The translations under genes and the position numbers were made by a program. From the NCBI GenBank assembly GCA_021613535.1, contig CP075492.1:2356001-2420000 (forward strand): a DNA stretch of 64,000 nt, read 5' to 3'. Below the pieces are notes generated by a model. It saw only the letters and a list, made by a program, of their open reading frames with translations. It made no database searches and was not told where the DNA came from. The stretch comes from Adineta vaga. Taxonomy: Eukaryota > Animalia > Rotifera. Below, in pieces: positions 1 through 12,407 of this stretch (positions are counted from its first letter, which is position 1; each line of letters begins with the position of its first letter).

Positions 1-152
1 GTTTTGTCAGTTCTCATTCTGTAATTTCTGTTTTTCTATATTGACCTCCTCCCGAACCTTCACTATTGTCTAGAACCAAAACTAACTGTTTATCATCTGA
101 ATCGATACCGAATAGATATGGGGAAGCGTTATGAAGATTTATTCCATCGGCA

Positions 153-220
153 TCTTGAGGATGTGGGTGAGGGTGGGTTTACATGAGCTATGTTCTAAAC
201 CCACACCCACACCCTCAAGA
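153..220. repeat. Telomere-like palindromic junction element, best-preserved copy
   Basis: TCTTGAGGATGTGGGTGAGGGTGGGTTTA...TAAACCCACACCCACACCCTCAAGA; arms are near reverse complements. Confidence 0.9.
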
Positions 221-328
221 CTTTATTTAGACTTTAATATAACAAAGTAAAGTGATGAATGTATTAGAAGATCAAGGTCTTCTATTATGTCTCGAAAGAA
301 ATCATATTTTTCTAGGATGAGAGTAGTT

Positions 329-407
329 GTAGGAGTGAATGTGAGGGTGCAAGACTATATAACTTTTTCACCTACTTTCTAGCCTTCACCTTCATCCACA
401 CCCTCTA
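329..407. repeat. Degenerate junction element
   Basis: GTAGGAGTGAATGTGAGGGTG...CACCTTCATCCACACCCTC. Confidence 0.5.
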
Positions 408-574
408 TATACATTTCCATTATCTACTGTCATTTCACCATCATTTTGCAATTTCATTTTATCAATATTATTGTGTTTACTTCTGTAGACTACATACAAT
501 AACACGTTATATTCTATATATATATTTGTGGAGTTTTGTTCTTATAAGACAAAACATTTTCTGAAGAATATTTC

Positions 575-2551
575 ATGATGAAAAGATCAACAAGATCACA
601 AAAAACCAATGTTCATAAAAATGTTGAAAGTAAAAGAAGAAAAATAGAAGGTAAACATTACATTAGATTTTTAACTTCATATCTTCTCAATATATTCTAG
701 TAGCAAAAGTCGATACAGACAGGTTTGCCTATGTCTTTTATTTTTCTAATCATTTATTCTAATCTTTTCTTAGTTTATCAGAAGAATCTTCTATTACTCA
801 TTTAGAAGAGTTATCGAATGAAGTTATCTATGAAATATTTGAATTTCTTGATTATTTTCACGTTTATCAATCTTTCTTTAATCTTAATACACGATTTCAA
901 AACCTTCTTACGTGTTCAAATCTTCCTATAAAAGTTAATACTTCATCTATATCAAGATCAAATTTTGAAAATTATTATACTGATATTATTATTCCTTATC
1001 AACATCGAATTATTTCACTTTCCATAAGACATTTGTTTTTTGATTGTGATATTTCAGTACATACTATTCTATCAAAATTTATTCGATTGGAAACACTTAT
1101 TCTTGAACATATAAGTCCAGAATATATAGAAAATGTTCTTAATGATATTGCTTCTTTATCTAATCTTTCTTCATTGGTTATTATTGTTGATGGTGATGTT
1201 GAAAATGAAAATGAATGTCTTCTTCAAATATTTCGTTTACCTACATTGAAATATTGTCAAATATCATTAAGAGAACTATGTAAATATGGTTCGTTGCCTT
1301 TTGCTACTAATGAAAACAGTCCAATTGAACAACTTGTTATCAAACATTTTATTTATTCTCATAATATTGAAAACTTATTATCATATGTTCCACAACTTCG
1401 TCGTTTATCGCTTGATTATTCTAAAGATCAATATATAAAAACTCAACATAACCATTCAATTACATTAAATTATTTAACACATTTGTTTCTCAAATTAAAT
1501 GAAGTTAGTTTTGATGAATTTGAGCATTTGATCAAAAATTTCTTCTGTAAAACTCAAGTTTTACATCTTGATGTAAAAATTGATGGAACATTTTATGATG
1601 ATAATCGATGGGAACAATTAATATTATCTCATATGCCATTGTTACGTGTTTTTGATATTCGTATTGATAACCGTTATCATCGAATATATGATTCTCAATT
1701 AAAACTATTCAATTCTCCATTTTGGCTTCAACGACAATGGTTTTTTGATCAACAAGATTATTACGGAACTATATTTTATTCGACAAATCCTTATAGGTAA
1801 GAATAAATCATTTTCTTTGATATAAAAATATATTTATTTAATTTTATTCTTTAGGAGAAAAGAATATACAATAGAACAGAAAATAAATCCACAGACTGAT
1901 TTGGATTATCAAATAACTAATTTAAATTCAGTTCGTCATGCCTGTATCGTTGATGAAATAGCATTGAATAATTGTATTTATCGTTTTCCCAATGCTACTG
2001 ATCTTACTCTTAAATGTATTTCTTTGGAAAAATTAAATGAGGTTATGACTACTCTTCAACATATAATTCCTTGGAATAATCTAACTAAACTAGAAATTAC
2101 AAATGACAAGACTTCATTAGAAATATTAATACAAGTGTTACCATTAATCCGAAATCTTATTACAGTGAAACTTGATCACGTTGTAGTAGACACAAAAGAT
2201 TTTGTAGCAATTCGAAAGCGTGCAAATTTTCAATTAGCAGCGAATGCAAATATTATTCGAAATTTAACAGTTCAGCAAATAAATGAAGTCGAAGAAGCGA
2301 AATTACTGACTATTTTATGTCCTCGATTGCAACATTTCACAATTACTAAGAGTAGAAACAACTGTGCTGCAGGAATAGTACGATTACTCCTATCAAAAGA
2401 CAATGAAAATACTCATCATCTAATTTCATTGTGTATTGCCGTTGACACTATAAGATATGTAAACAAATTGAAGGAATTAAGTGAAGCAAGAGAACTGGTT
2501 TCTGGCTGTCTCGTAAAAGTTAAATACGACAATGTGTGTCTATGGCGATGA
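575..2551 (+). CDS. F-box-like / LRR-like protein, 4 exons (approx 575-651, 701-722, 774-1796, 1855-2551)
   Basis: SITHLEELSNEVIYEIFEFLDYFHVYQSFFNLN F-box-like motif upstream of ORF 1033; GT..AG introns join ORFs 1033-1800 and 1901-2551. Confidence 0.8.
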
Positions 2552-2590
2552 AATTTAATAGATAATAAACTATTGTGTTTCTTTTAAATA

Positions 2591-2640
2591 TTGAGAGTGC
2601 GCGTGAGACTGATAGGTGTATCTGACACCCACACTCTTCT
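2591..2640. repeat. Degenerate junction element 40 bp after stop codon
   Basis: TTGAGAGTGCGCGTG...CACCCACACTCTT. Confidence 0.6.
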
Positions 2641-3346
2641 TACTTTAAAGTAGTAAATGTCCATAGATTTTCAAATAAAAAGTGATTGAAAAAAGTGTTT
2701 TTTATTAAATCGATTAGTTTACTCCAATGGCACTCATTCTATATAGTTATAAATGATTTATTTATCTCGAAACGTAATGATAACTTCTTTCGGTTACTTA
2801 AAATGGTTACCATTTCCCACTGATAAAAACTCATAATCGTAAAGTCCTGCGGCTTGTTCGCGTATTGAATATTTTTAATTTTTTTAAATTATCATGTACA
2901 CTAGAAGATCAAGAATGTGTAAGAAAATCCGTCATGTGATGTAAGAAATTATTTTTTCATATGCTCGATTTGGTAGTCCTCAATTCATATTTGCTGTCCA
3001 TAAATGCAAATCGGAAAGAAACTTGTCCTGTTGAAACTTTCGTTTACAACTTATCATATTCCAAAAACTACACGAACATCTCATGATGGGCAAAATGAAT
3101 GTATTAGACATAACTATGGTACGAATCTTTTTATGCCCAATATAAATAATGTACCCCTGATAGCGGTTACTTTCATGTTAATTATTGTCGTCTTTTCTAA
3201 GTATCAACTAGCTGTTTTCTCCTCTAGTCTCGACACTTTATGGTTAGCAAACCAGTTATTTCATTTCGAAAATTCAATTTGAAATCTAAACGACCATAGA
3301 CTCGTTTTTTCGTTGTATATACATGAAAGTGTAGACAAAAGATTAT

Positions 3347-4415
3347 CTATTTCGTACAAGGTGAACCTTTACAAGAGGAACGAAATGTATGGCATACATC
3401 GGTATTTGTTCCAGGTATTGGTACGGGCATGTTTATCGCATAGAGTCCAAATATCACATGCCATAGATGTTCAAAACTTCCACCAAGATAATTTATACGT
3501 TTTTCACCTAGTTTTTCACGATTACCTTCAGTTGTACAATCTGGTTCAAAACTTGCACGATAAACTGCTGACCATTGTTCATATGTATAATGATGAATAC
3601 GCTGTTTTGTTACATAAAATTGTGCACAACACAAAGTTGTAATAGTATTATCATCTTTAGGTGTCTTACTTTCTATATTAAGTTGAACATTTCCATTGAA
3701 ACCAAATAAAGTGAGTAATTTAGATGCGCATTTATACATGAAACTTATATTATCTTTCGAATCACGAAGCCAAAATGACCAAGGTCTTTCATTAATCCAA
3801 TAAAAATTAATACTTGTATAATGAATATCATCACGAATACATAGAGCTTTTTCAATAGGATGTGACGAATGAACCGTAGGATTACCATGAAGAAATAGCA
3901 TTTTATCGGGTAAATCATAATAATATTCATAGATAAATTTGAGATAAACACCCGTTTCTTCATGTATATTTTTACAATATGGCCAATCATAAGGAGGTCT
4001 AGAATTTGGATCAATACGTTGATATAAATGAACTTGATATGATTGTAGTGATGATGAAATATTAGATGGATCAAGTCCCTGACGTAACCAAGAAGGCCAT
4101 GATGAACGATTAGTCCAATCAATTTCTTTCCAAACAGCTGGTATAACAACAAGTTGATCCTTTTTCCATTTACTTTGTTTTTCTGCTGAGAAATTCATTG
4201 ATGATGAAACTACCGTTCGTGATGTCAATAGTCTATTCAGTTGAAATCTTTTACTACCGATAACAGTAAAATATGATAGAGCAATTAATATTGTCGATAG
4301 AAGAACAAAGATAATTCTGTTTTGAAGAACACAAAATCGAATATCAGAATTCGTGAGAAGAATTTACTTACAGTTTTTCGTTTCCAACAAAATTACTATA
4401 TAGGTTTTGTTGCAT
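3347..4415 (-). CDS. DUF3431-like membrane-anchored protein (2 exons, intron approx 4317-4371)
   Basis: EETGVYLKFIYEYYYDLPDKMLFLHG, CCAQFYVTKQRI and FEHLWHVIFG match DUF3431 motifs; splicing adds an N-terminal TM segment LIIFVLLSTILIALSYF. Confidence 0.75.
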
Positions 4416-4635
4416 TTAGCTTTATTTAAAAGTACGGAATGATTTCGAACTATAACATAAACACGTTTCTCTCTCTTTTCTTTTCTTTTCTTTTCTTTTT
4501 ATTAGAAGTTGTAACAACATGAACAAAATAAAAATAAAGCTCTTACCATGTGCTTTACATTTTCGAAAGTTTTGATCAACATTTTTCATTTGAATTTCAT
4601 GAATGAAGAACTTGGCTGAACGATATATTAGAAAA

Positions 4636-4686
4636 AGGGTGGGTGTGGGTGGTACTGATGTATAAATATATCAAACCCGCCCTCGA
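4636..4686. repeat. Junction element
   Basis: AGGGTGGGTGTGGGTGG...AAACCCGCCCTCGA. Confidence 0.7.
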
Positions 4687-4856
4687 TCGATAAAATTTTC
4701 ATGCTAGCATATTATGTTACTAAGGTTGCCATGCCTAAATTCCTATACTCTTTAATGGTGTTTTCGTTCTATTGAATTGATGATTGACTAATTTTTGACC
4801 AATGAAAGTTTTCTTTTTTTCGTGCTAACTCATCATTTTATTCCAACTTCCCATCA

Positions 4857-6614
4857 ATGAACAAACAAATGGAAAACAGAGTACGTATATGTTGTTTGAA
4901 TCGAGTTTTCATGAAAATGATGTTCAGATATTCTACATAGGATCGTAATAAAGAAAAAATCGCTGATGAATTTATGGATTACAATCAGTGTAAGTAGTTT
5001 CTTGAAGTTTTCTAAAGTAAAACAAAAATCGATTTTCAAGTTACTTCTGAATATGACCATGAAGTTCAAGATATTGATTTATTATCCAAAAAATCTGAAC
5101 AAATTTTGCCTTATTACCCTTCGTTCTTCATGGGTTCTCTTAAAGAGGCATGTCAAGCGGCATTCAGACCAAATACAATTGCAGAAGTTTGTTCACGTTA
5201 ATTTTTCTTCTTTTCAAACCTTTTCATACTTCAGTATCTCCCAGTACTTGTCTACATACATCGTGATGGTAGTCGGTTTGGAGAAAAATTCTGTAGGACT
5301 ATGTTTTATTCCAACAAACTTATCCAATATTTGAATATGAACTATATTTTTTGGTCATATAATATTACTGACAAATCCAATCGACTGACGTAAGTTATAT
5401 ATCAATTTAATTCATAATAAATCCGAATTTTTAATTAAGATTAATGAATGTTTGGGAAGATATATTTTCTACTCGATTTTCCGATGAATTTTCTATTGAA
5501 GAATGTCCTTTACTCATTGGAATTATGCGACTATGCAAATATAATATAAATGGAATAATAGCATCTGAATATCAATTTAAAGCATTAGTCAAAGGAAATA
5601 TTTTGATACGCACGGGAATAAAGATCGATCATGAAAATCTATTTAATGAATTGAATCATTTCAAAGATGAATGTGATAATAATGAAAAACATTTGGTAAG
5701 TATTTATTATTGTATTTATTTTGTATGAAAAGTCTTTCTTGTTTTAGTCATTTAATTTTATTAAAAAGACACATCTTTCGTGGGAGATTATACTTGAAAT
5801 AGCTGAATATCTTTCAATTAGTGATGTAATCACTACATTTTCTATAGATATACTGACTTTATTAAATCATAAACATTTTAAAATGAAATTACTTAATCCT
5901 TACGATAGATTGACTAAAATAATTCTTCCAAAAATTCAAATAGAACAAATTACTTCATTACAAATCAATGCTAATGGATTACATTCAGAAAATGAATTAG
6001 CTGTCTTATCTAACTTTCCAAAAATTCGATCAATATCAGTTCATAATTTGGTATATTCCGTTGGAATCAGCCAATATGCCAAATACTTACCTTCACTGAC
6101 TCGTATTTGCCTTTATTATGATGATAAAGCTAATTATTATGAGTTAATTCGAAAATTAATACATTTTCCACAACGAATCAAACAATGTGAAATTCATTGT
6201 TCAGGAACATTTTACAATTATAATCCTACGAAAGACATCGGATATCCATCTGATATAACAACGTCACTTGAATATTTTTTGCTTAATATTAGTCAATATC
6301 CTTCAACATCGCTCCAAAATTCATCTCAAGATTATAAATCATGGTTTCGTATATCAATACATAGTTTCATACAAAAAATGCCAAGGATTCAACATTTTCA
6401 TATAATTTGTAACAAATATAATATTGAATATGTTTTGGGTGATGATCTATGGAAATCTCCACTTTGTTCACGTTTACAACTGAAGAAACTAACATTGGAA
6501 ATCGCAAAAAGTGCCTATGAAAATCAGCAATGGTTAATCAAGAAAGTAATGGAAATTCAGTTAATATTATATAAAATACAAAAAACAATTAAATTTCAAT
6601 TCATTTTCGTATGA
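4857..6614 (+). CDS. Multi-exon protein: UAS (FAF1/UBX-type thioredoxin-like) domain, F-box-like motif, LRR-like tail
   Basis: Spliced reading gives PSFFMGSLKEACQAAF..PVLVYIH..FCRTMFYSNKLIQYLNMNYIFWSYNIT (UAS-like), then LSWEIILEIAEYLSISDVI (F-box-like); short GT-AG introns. Confidence 0.65.
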
Positions 6615-6703
6615 TAAAAATATTGCTCAAATCAATTACGAGAATAAATCATTAGTTTGTCTCGTTATCTATGAAATTTTAAAGGAAAATACTTTTACAA
6701 AAG

Positions 6704-6742
6704 AAGGGTGGGTGTAGATGAAAGAAGACACCCACACCCATT
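6704..6742. repeat. Junction element between convergent genes
   Basis: AAGGGTGGGTGT...ACACCCACACCCATT. Confidence 0.8.
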
Positions 6743-6840
6743 TTACACTACACTTATTTACTAATTAAAATAGATGACAACATCAATAAAAAGATTTTCG
6801 CACAGCAAAGGAATAAAAGGATAAAAGTATATATTGTTTA

Positions 6841-8101
6841 TCAGATGCAGTTGCATAATGTATCCTCGAATTCCACATCTAGTGCGTATTTTTCGACTTT
6901 TGTATCGTATTCTTCTGCAACTACAATGACCCATCTTAATATTTGTGTGGGATCTTTAATACAAAATTCATCTCGATCATCATTGTCATGATTATAATAG
7001 ATTGTATCATATTCATCCCACCATGCCTTCGAATCTCTAACTGTATATATTTGATCAAATGTCACTTGTTTAACACGACCCATTCGAATTTCCGCACAAA
7101 TCAATGCACCACCGAATCTAGCTTTCCCTTTTGTATGTTCTATTGAACGAGCAAAATAAACACCGAATCCAAGCATCTGTGGAGGATTCATTGATTGTCG
7201 AAAATCACTGTGAGCAATAGCTACTGCTGATTCCGCTTTAGTACGATGAAATCCCACATATGTTACTGCCTCATTTGATGCTAATAATCCCCAACGTTGC
7301 TGTGGTTTATAATCATCTAAATGGAATATAATCAAATGTTCTAATTTTCTATTAGGACATCTGAAATCGACGCCCATTGATTTACAAGGCTTGTTTCCCA
7401 TATGCATATCATTTCGATTACTACCAACCAAATGATAAGGTATGTAGCGAATATGCTTATGTGATAGAGTTCGTCTTGATTGTTGATCACATGATGGTCG
7501 ATAGTGCCACCAAGTTCGATAATGATAAATATCGAGGCAGATTGCTAGAATCGGAAATGATAATGATATTGTGCAAGCAATTGCTAACAATCTTCCACCT
7601 GATTTGCTAGTTTTCGATGTAGCATAAAGAATAACGGCAATGATTCTTAGTAAAATACTGAAAATAAGAAAAGTCATTCGTACAATAAAGCGCAAACGTG
7701 GTCTCGGAATATAGCACGGACAATTACAATTTAAAGCAACAAATCGATTCATTGGTCGACTACATAACAAAAATAATGAACATTGCAATGTGGTACTAGT
7801 ATCTGTTTCCGATCGAACTTTGTTTTTATTGTCATTACAACATAACGTAAATAGAATTTTCATTGCAACAATGAATAAAACAAATCCAATAATAATGCCT
7901 ACGAATGTTGGGACTAACGAGCCAATCCAGTCAAGTATAAATCCACTCGTGATAATTACATCAGCTTTTTCATCATTTGAAGAAGAACAGTTTAAAAGAG
8001 GAAAAAACTATGAGACGATAAATTCCACAAATAAGTTCACATACAGCCAAAAGAATGTACCATGTTCCTAATCTTCTATAACAACATGAACAACACCACA
8101 T
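6841..8101 (-). CDS. Multi-TM protein with C-terminal PARP/GIG2-like ADP-ribosyltransferase domain; apparent frameshift in the A6 run at 8002-8007
   Basis: GFHRT, MLGFGVYFARS, ICAEIRMG, DEFCI (H-Y-E pattern). Upstream frame MWCCSCCYRRLGTWYILLAVCELICGIYRLIV joins after a 1-nt shift. Confidence 0.75.
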
Positions 8102-9081
8102 CTGTATAATCTAAATTTTGAACAAATGACTACATTTATTCTGTAAGTTTTGGTGAAAAAAATATTTTGTCTCAGTAATCTCTTCAATCAAAACTGTGAC
8201 ATTTCGTAGAAAATGGTTATAAAAAGCTCTTATTAGTAGTAGACAAAAACGATACAATATACAAAATAAGCAAATAGCATTGTAAAAAGAACGAAAAACT
8301 TTATATATACATGATCATTTTACAATTGTGATTGTTATAAACGATAGTTGATAACGGTTAGGAGATACTTATAACGTAAATAGGAATATATTCCGCGAAA
8401 ACTTTCTTTTTGTTGCGTTTATTAACATAAAGGAACTTTTTCTTCAATACTTTTCTTATTATTACGATTCACAAAAATCCTTATTTATGTTGCTATGAAT
8501 TTAAGCTAATAAACGACAAATATACGACATATAAAGATTTTTAACTGACTTTTTTTAAAACGAATGAAGGACGAAATTGATTTTTAAGAGTATCTGTATC
8601 TACAAAGAAGAATGTTTGTATGTTCCCTATGTATTTAATCCTTATGATAGCTAACATCCCCAGACTCCTCAAGGTACTGTTCTAGAACCAGGAAAAAGTC
8701 GAGAGTAAAATAGCGGTAATCAGGAGAATGAAAAACGGGAGATTAGTCAGATTTCATTGGGTTTTGATTAACTCATTATCGTCAGCGTTTAGAGTATTCA
8801 TCTATTACTACGTTTTCACGATAATCTGAATATCTGACACGAATATGAGAGCGATTGGGAAGGTAGATAATCATTTTTATAAGATCTTTGCTGCAGTGTT
8901 ATTCAAAACTTTTCTTTATTTCTCTGTTTGTATTCTTTATTTTAATAAAGATAAAGATTATCTTCCTCATTATTTAATAAAGTAAAGAAAAAGCAACACC
9001 CAACTGACAACTTATTTTGTCATCATATAATGTTGAAAATAATATAAGTGCGAGTATCCCTTGGATACAATAACGTTCTTT

Positions 9082-9180
9082 CACATCCATATCCATATTC
9101 TCAAGATGATCGAAGCATTCTATTCAGAAGGGTATGGGTGTGAGTGGGTATCGCTTCTCTATTTCAATCCACACCCATAA
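9082..9180. repeat. Degenerate C-arm (9082-9107) plus full junction element (9130-9180)
   Basis: CACATCCATATCCATATTCTCAAGAT; GGGTATGGGTGTGAGTGGG...TCCACACCCATA. Confidence 0.7.
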
Positions 9181-9372
9181 CATGCGAGATCTTTCATCAT
9201 TCCTTAGAAAAGAAGAAAGCAATGCATTGATAATGCATCGATACCACGTGGCAATGCAGAAACACATCGATACGACACTTATTGATTTATATATTTAAAC
9301 ATTGTTGCTTGAAAGAAAAGTAAGGCGGTGAATATTTATATTTTTCGATATTTAACTTTATTTAGAAAAGCA

Positions 9373-9986
9373 ATGGGTCACATTCATATGATTACGGATG
9401 ATTCATTATCACCAAACGATGAACAACGACTTATTTTATTTCAACTAATATTCGTTCTTGGACTCGGCTTATGTTTTGTAAAGTTTAAAAGAAAAAGACT
9501 TCGTTTTTTTTAATACTCATTGTTTTCTTTTTAAAGGTTTTATCAATATGTGTTTTAATATTTTCACTTTTTGGAACGGGGAAAAGCATTGAATTTAGTT
9601 TTGCTATTTTTGGTATTATTTATTATATTTTTGGATTTATTGTCGCATATCGACATTCTAATGAAGGTTTACGCATTGTACGTATTTATTTTCTTTATTT
9701 TTTTTATAATAATTCGAATTCAATTTTTTAGTTCGTTATCATTGGTATTTGTGCTGTTATTCTAATGAGTCTTAGTCTTGCTCTTTACTTCATTATATCT
9801 TTGAATCCTTCAATGAATATCAACAAGATATTATCAACTTATTCAATCTTATTAATCCTTTTAATATATATTCCATGTTCTATTTTAATCATAATTCTTC
9901 GATCATTTCTACCATTTAGAAAATCTTATCACGGTTATTTTACACAAAATGGTTGTATTCGACCACAATTCAACACTTTTCGTTGA
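9373..9986 (+). CDS. Small 3-exon multi-TM protein, unknown function
   Basis: MGHIHMITDD..LILFQLIFVLGLGLCF followed by a GT donor; further hydrophobic exons end at 9986. Confidence 0.55.
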
Positions 9987-10261
9987 TCTTCGTCAAAATT
10001 CACTCGTTTTTTTTTCATTCATTGAATTGTTATCTATAATTATCAATTCAAAATGTTGCTTCTTCAAATATCTTAACTAATTACTTGAGCATTTTATTGG
10101 ATTCAAGACATGTATTGTCTAATTTTTATCTTTCGCTACCGCCCTATCGATATAATTCTTTATTAAGCAAAAAACTGAAGTCTTTATCTCTGGAAAGTTC
10201 TTAAAAATCAGTAATTCATGTGAATATATTTAGTTTTACTTCAAAGTTAAAAAATCATTTT

Positions 10262-11320
10262 TCATTGTGGTATTTTGACAACAATTTTTCCAATATGTTT
10301 TTGTGACCATTGATACTCATAAGCACTTTTTAAATCTTCAAATTCAAATATTTTATCAATAATTGGTTTAATTTTATGCATTTCAATTGCATCATTCATT
10401 GTATTGAATTGTTGAACACTACCAATAGAAATTCCACGAATACAAGCATTCTTTCCTAATGTTCCCATAATAACCTCAAGTCCACTAGCACTAGGGCCAG
10501 TACCTATTATGCTAAGAAAACCAATAACATTAATCACACCACCATATGCCAATGCTTCCAACGATTGTTTCAATGTTTTTTCACCACCAATTTCAAGAAT
10601 ATGATTAACTCCTCGACCACCAGTCAATTCTTTTACTTTCTTTCCCCATTGTGGAGTTGTATTGTAATTGAGTGTCATAAGATTTTTTGTATCAAGATGT
10701 TTTGTCGCTGCCGCAATTTTATTATCCGATGATGAAATCAGAATAACTTTTGCACCAGTTGCTAATGCAAATTGTGCACCAAACATACTAACACCACCGG
10801 TGCCTTGAACAAGAACAGTTTGTCCTGATTTCAATTGTCTTTCAGAAAGTCCAAAAAGAGCATTCCATGCTGTTAGAGCTGCACAAGGTAATGTTGCTGC
10901 TTCTTCATAGGATAGTGAAGGTGGAATCTTGACACAGCTAGTAGCTTTAAAGACACCATACTGACGAACACAACCATCAAGATCAGATCCCAGACATGCT
11001 CCAGTTGTTTCTTCTGTTAATTCTCCTTCAAGATGTTTTTGATTAAAATTAGGTGCAACTCTATCACCAATCTGAAAATTTGTTACATCTTCACCTACAG
11101 CTGTAACTTCTCCTGCTCCATCAGATATTGGTACTACTCGAAATTTTATTGATGCTTGATATAATCCTTTACTGAGAATTAGATCACGATAATTGAGAGA
11201 ACAAGCATGAAATTTAATTTGAATTTCACTACGACTTGGTTTAGGAATTAAAGAAGTCTTCATAAGTTTAATTGCATCGAAACCTGAACGATCGAATAAT
11301 CGATATTCTTGATTGGTCAT
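10262..11320 (-). CDS. MDR-family NAD(P)-dependent oxidoreductase (MDR7/quinone reductase-like), intronless
   Basis: CSLNYRD, PISDGAGEV, EAATLPCAALTAWNAL, QGTGGVS, HIGKIVV; resembles bacterial/fungal members. Confidence 0.9.
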   Translation of the reverse strand: MTNQEYRLFDRSGFDAIKLMKTSLIPKPSRSEIQIKFHACSLNYRDLILSKGLYQASIKFRVVPISDGAGEVTAVGEDVTNFQIGDRVAPNFNQKHLEGELTEETTGACLGSDLDGCVRQYGVFKATSCVKIPPSLSYEEAATLPCAALTAWNALFGLSERQLKSGQTVLVQGTGGVSMFGAQFALATGAKVILISSSDNKIAAATKHLDTKNLMTLNYNTTPQWGKKVKELTGGRGVNHILEIGGEKTLKQSLEALAYGGVINVIGFLSIIGTGPSASGLEVIMGTLGKNACIRGISIGSVQQFNTMNDAIEMHKIKPIIDKIFEFEDLKSAYEYQWSQKHIGKIVVKIPQ

Positions 11321-11797
11321 ATTTTCAATTCCAATGTATAAAGTTTACAACGACGATTGTGCGAACTCTTATTATCTAAATACGTAAAATCATCGATGAG
11401 AGTGTATCTGTTTGTGTGTTATATTAATAATCTTTCAATGACTAACAATAAATATTCTCATTCTATTGTCTGTTAAATAGGAAATTTTAAGCTAAAACTT
11501 TGAATCATTGATTATCATGGGTATATAACATTCTCGTTTCGAATGAATAGACGCACATTAAACATAATATTGCTATTAAATCATTATCAATCCAATTGTG
11601 AACTATTCGATATACATTTTGTTTTATGAGAAAATAGAGAAAAAAACGAAGAACAATATATAATACCTGTGTGTGCATAACATGGTGATAGTTTTTAAAC
11701 ACGTGGTGAATATGTGTGTCCTTATTCTAGCTTTGTATAACAACAAAATGATTTAATACAATACAACACGAAAGAGTGTGTAGCAGCTCATTGAGTT

Positions 11798-11817
11798 AGG
11801 GTGTGGGTGTGGGTGTT
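11798..11817. repeat. Junction element, G-arm only
   Basis: AGGGTGTGGGTGTGGGTGTT. Confidence 0.7.
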
Positions 11818-12407
11818 GAATTAATGGAGAATGTGTGGCAAATTCAAATTTAGTCATATATTTCGATAAAATAAAGTCTTCAATTAACTTATGTAAAAAA
11901 CTTCTCTGAAAAATCAACTATTGAAAGTGAAAATTAGCCCTTTTTTCGTACTTTTTTTTACATGGGCATTCAAATATCTTCGAAAATTATCTTTTCTCAT
12001 AATATCATATTTTGTCCATCAAGTGTATATTCTACTTTTAGACAACTTTACTTCTTTTAAGAAAAATTCGTTGATTCTAATTTTACTACATTTATATTAA
12101 GAATATTCATTCCAGACAATGATTGGGCAAAGAAAATTGAAACATCATTAAAAATGAAAGAAATCGATTGTCAGGAAAAATTTGAACATCGAAGAATTAT
12201 ATTTCTATATACATTCGAGATGTGATTGAAGACTTTGATATAGAGAGAAGAATCAGACTTATATCCATAACCTAAGTTTACTGAGTGATATGAAGATAAG
12301 CATGACTTATATTGGTCGTATGTTGAATCCGTTTAGTTTACAGTAAATAAACAAGTATTTAGAGTAATACATCTACCAATAGTCCCACATTTGTTTGTGC
12401 GTATAGC

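Noticed and set aside
6704-6742. Rho-independent terminators
   Set aside because: The DNA is eukaryotic, there is no consistent U-tract, and copies also occur upstream of genes and at truncation points. An RNA 3'-end role is not fully excluded.
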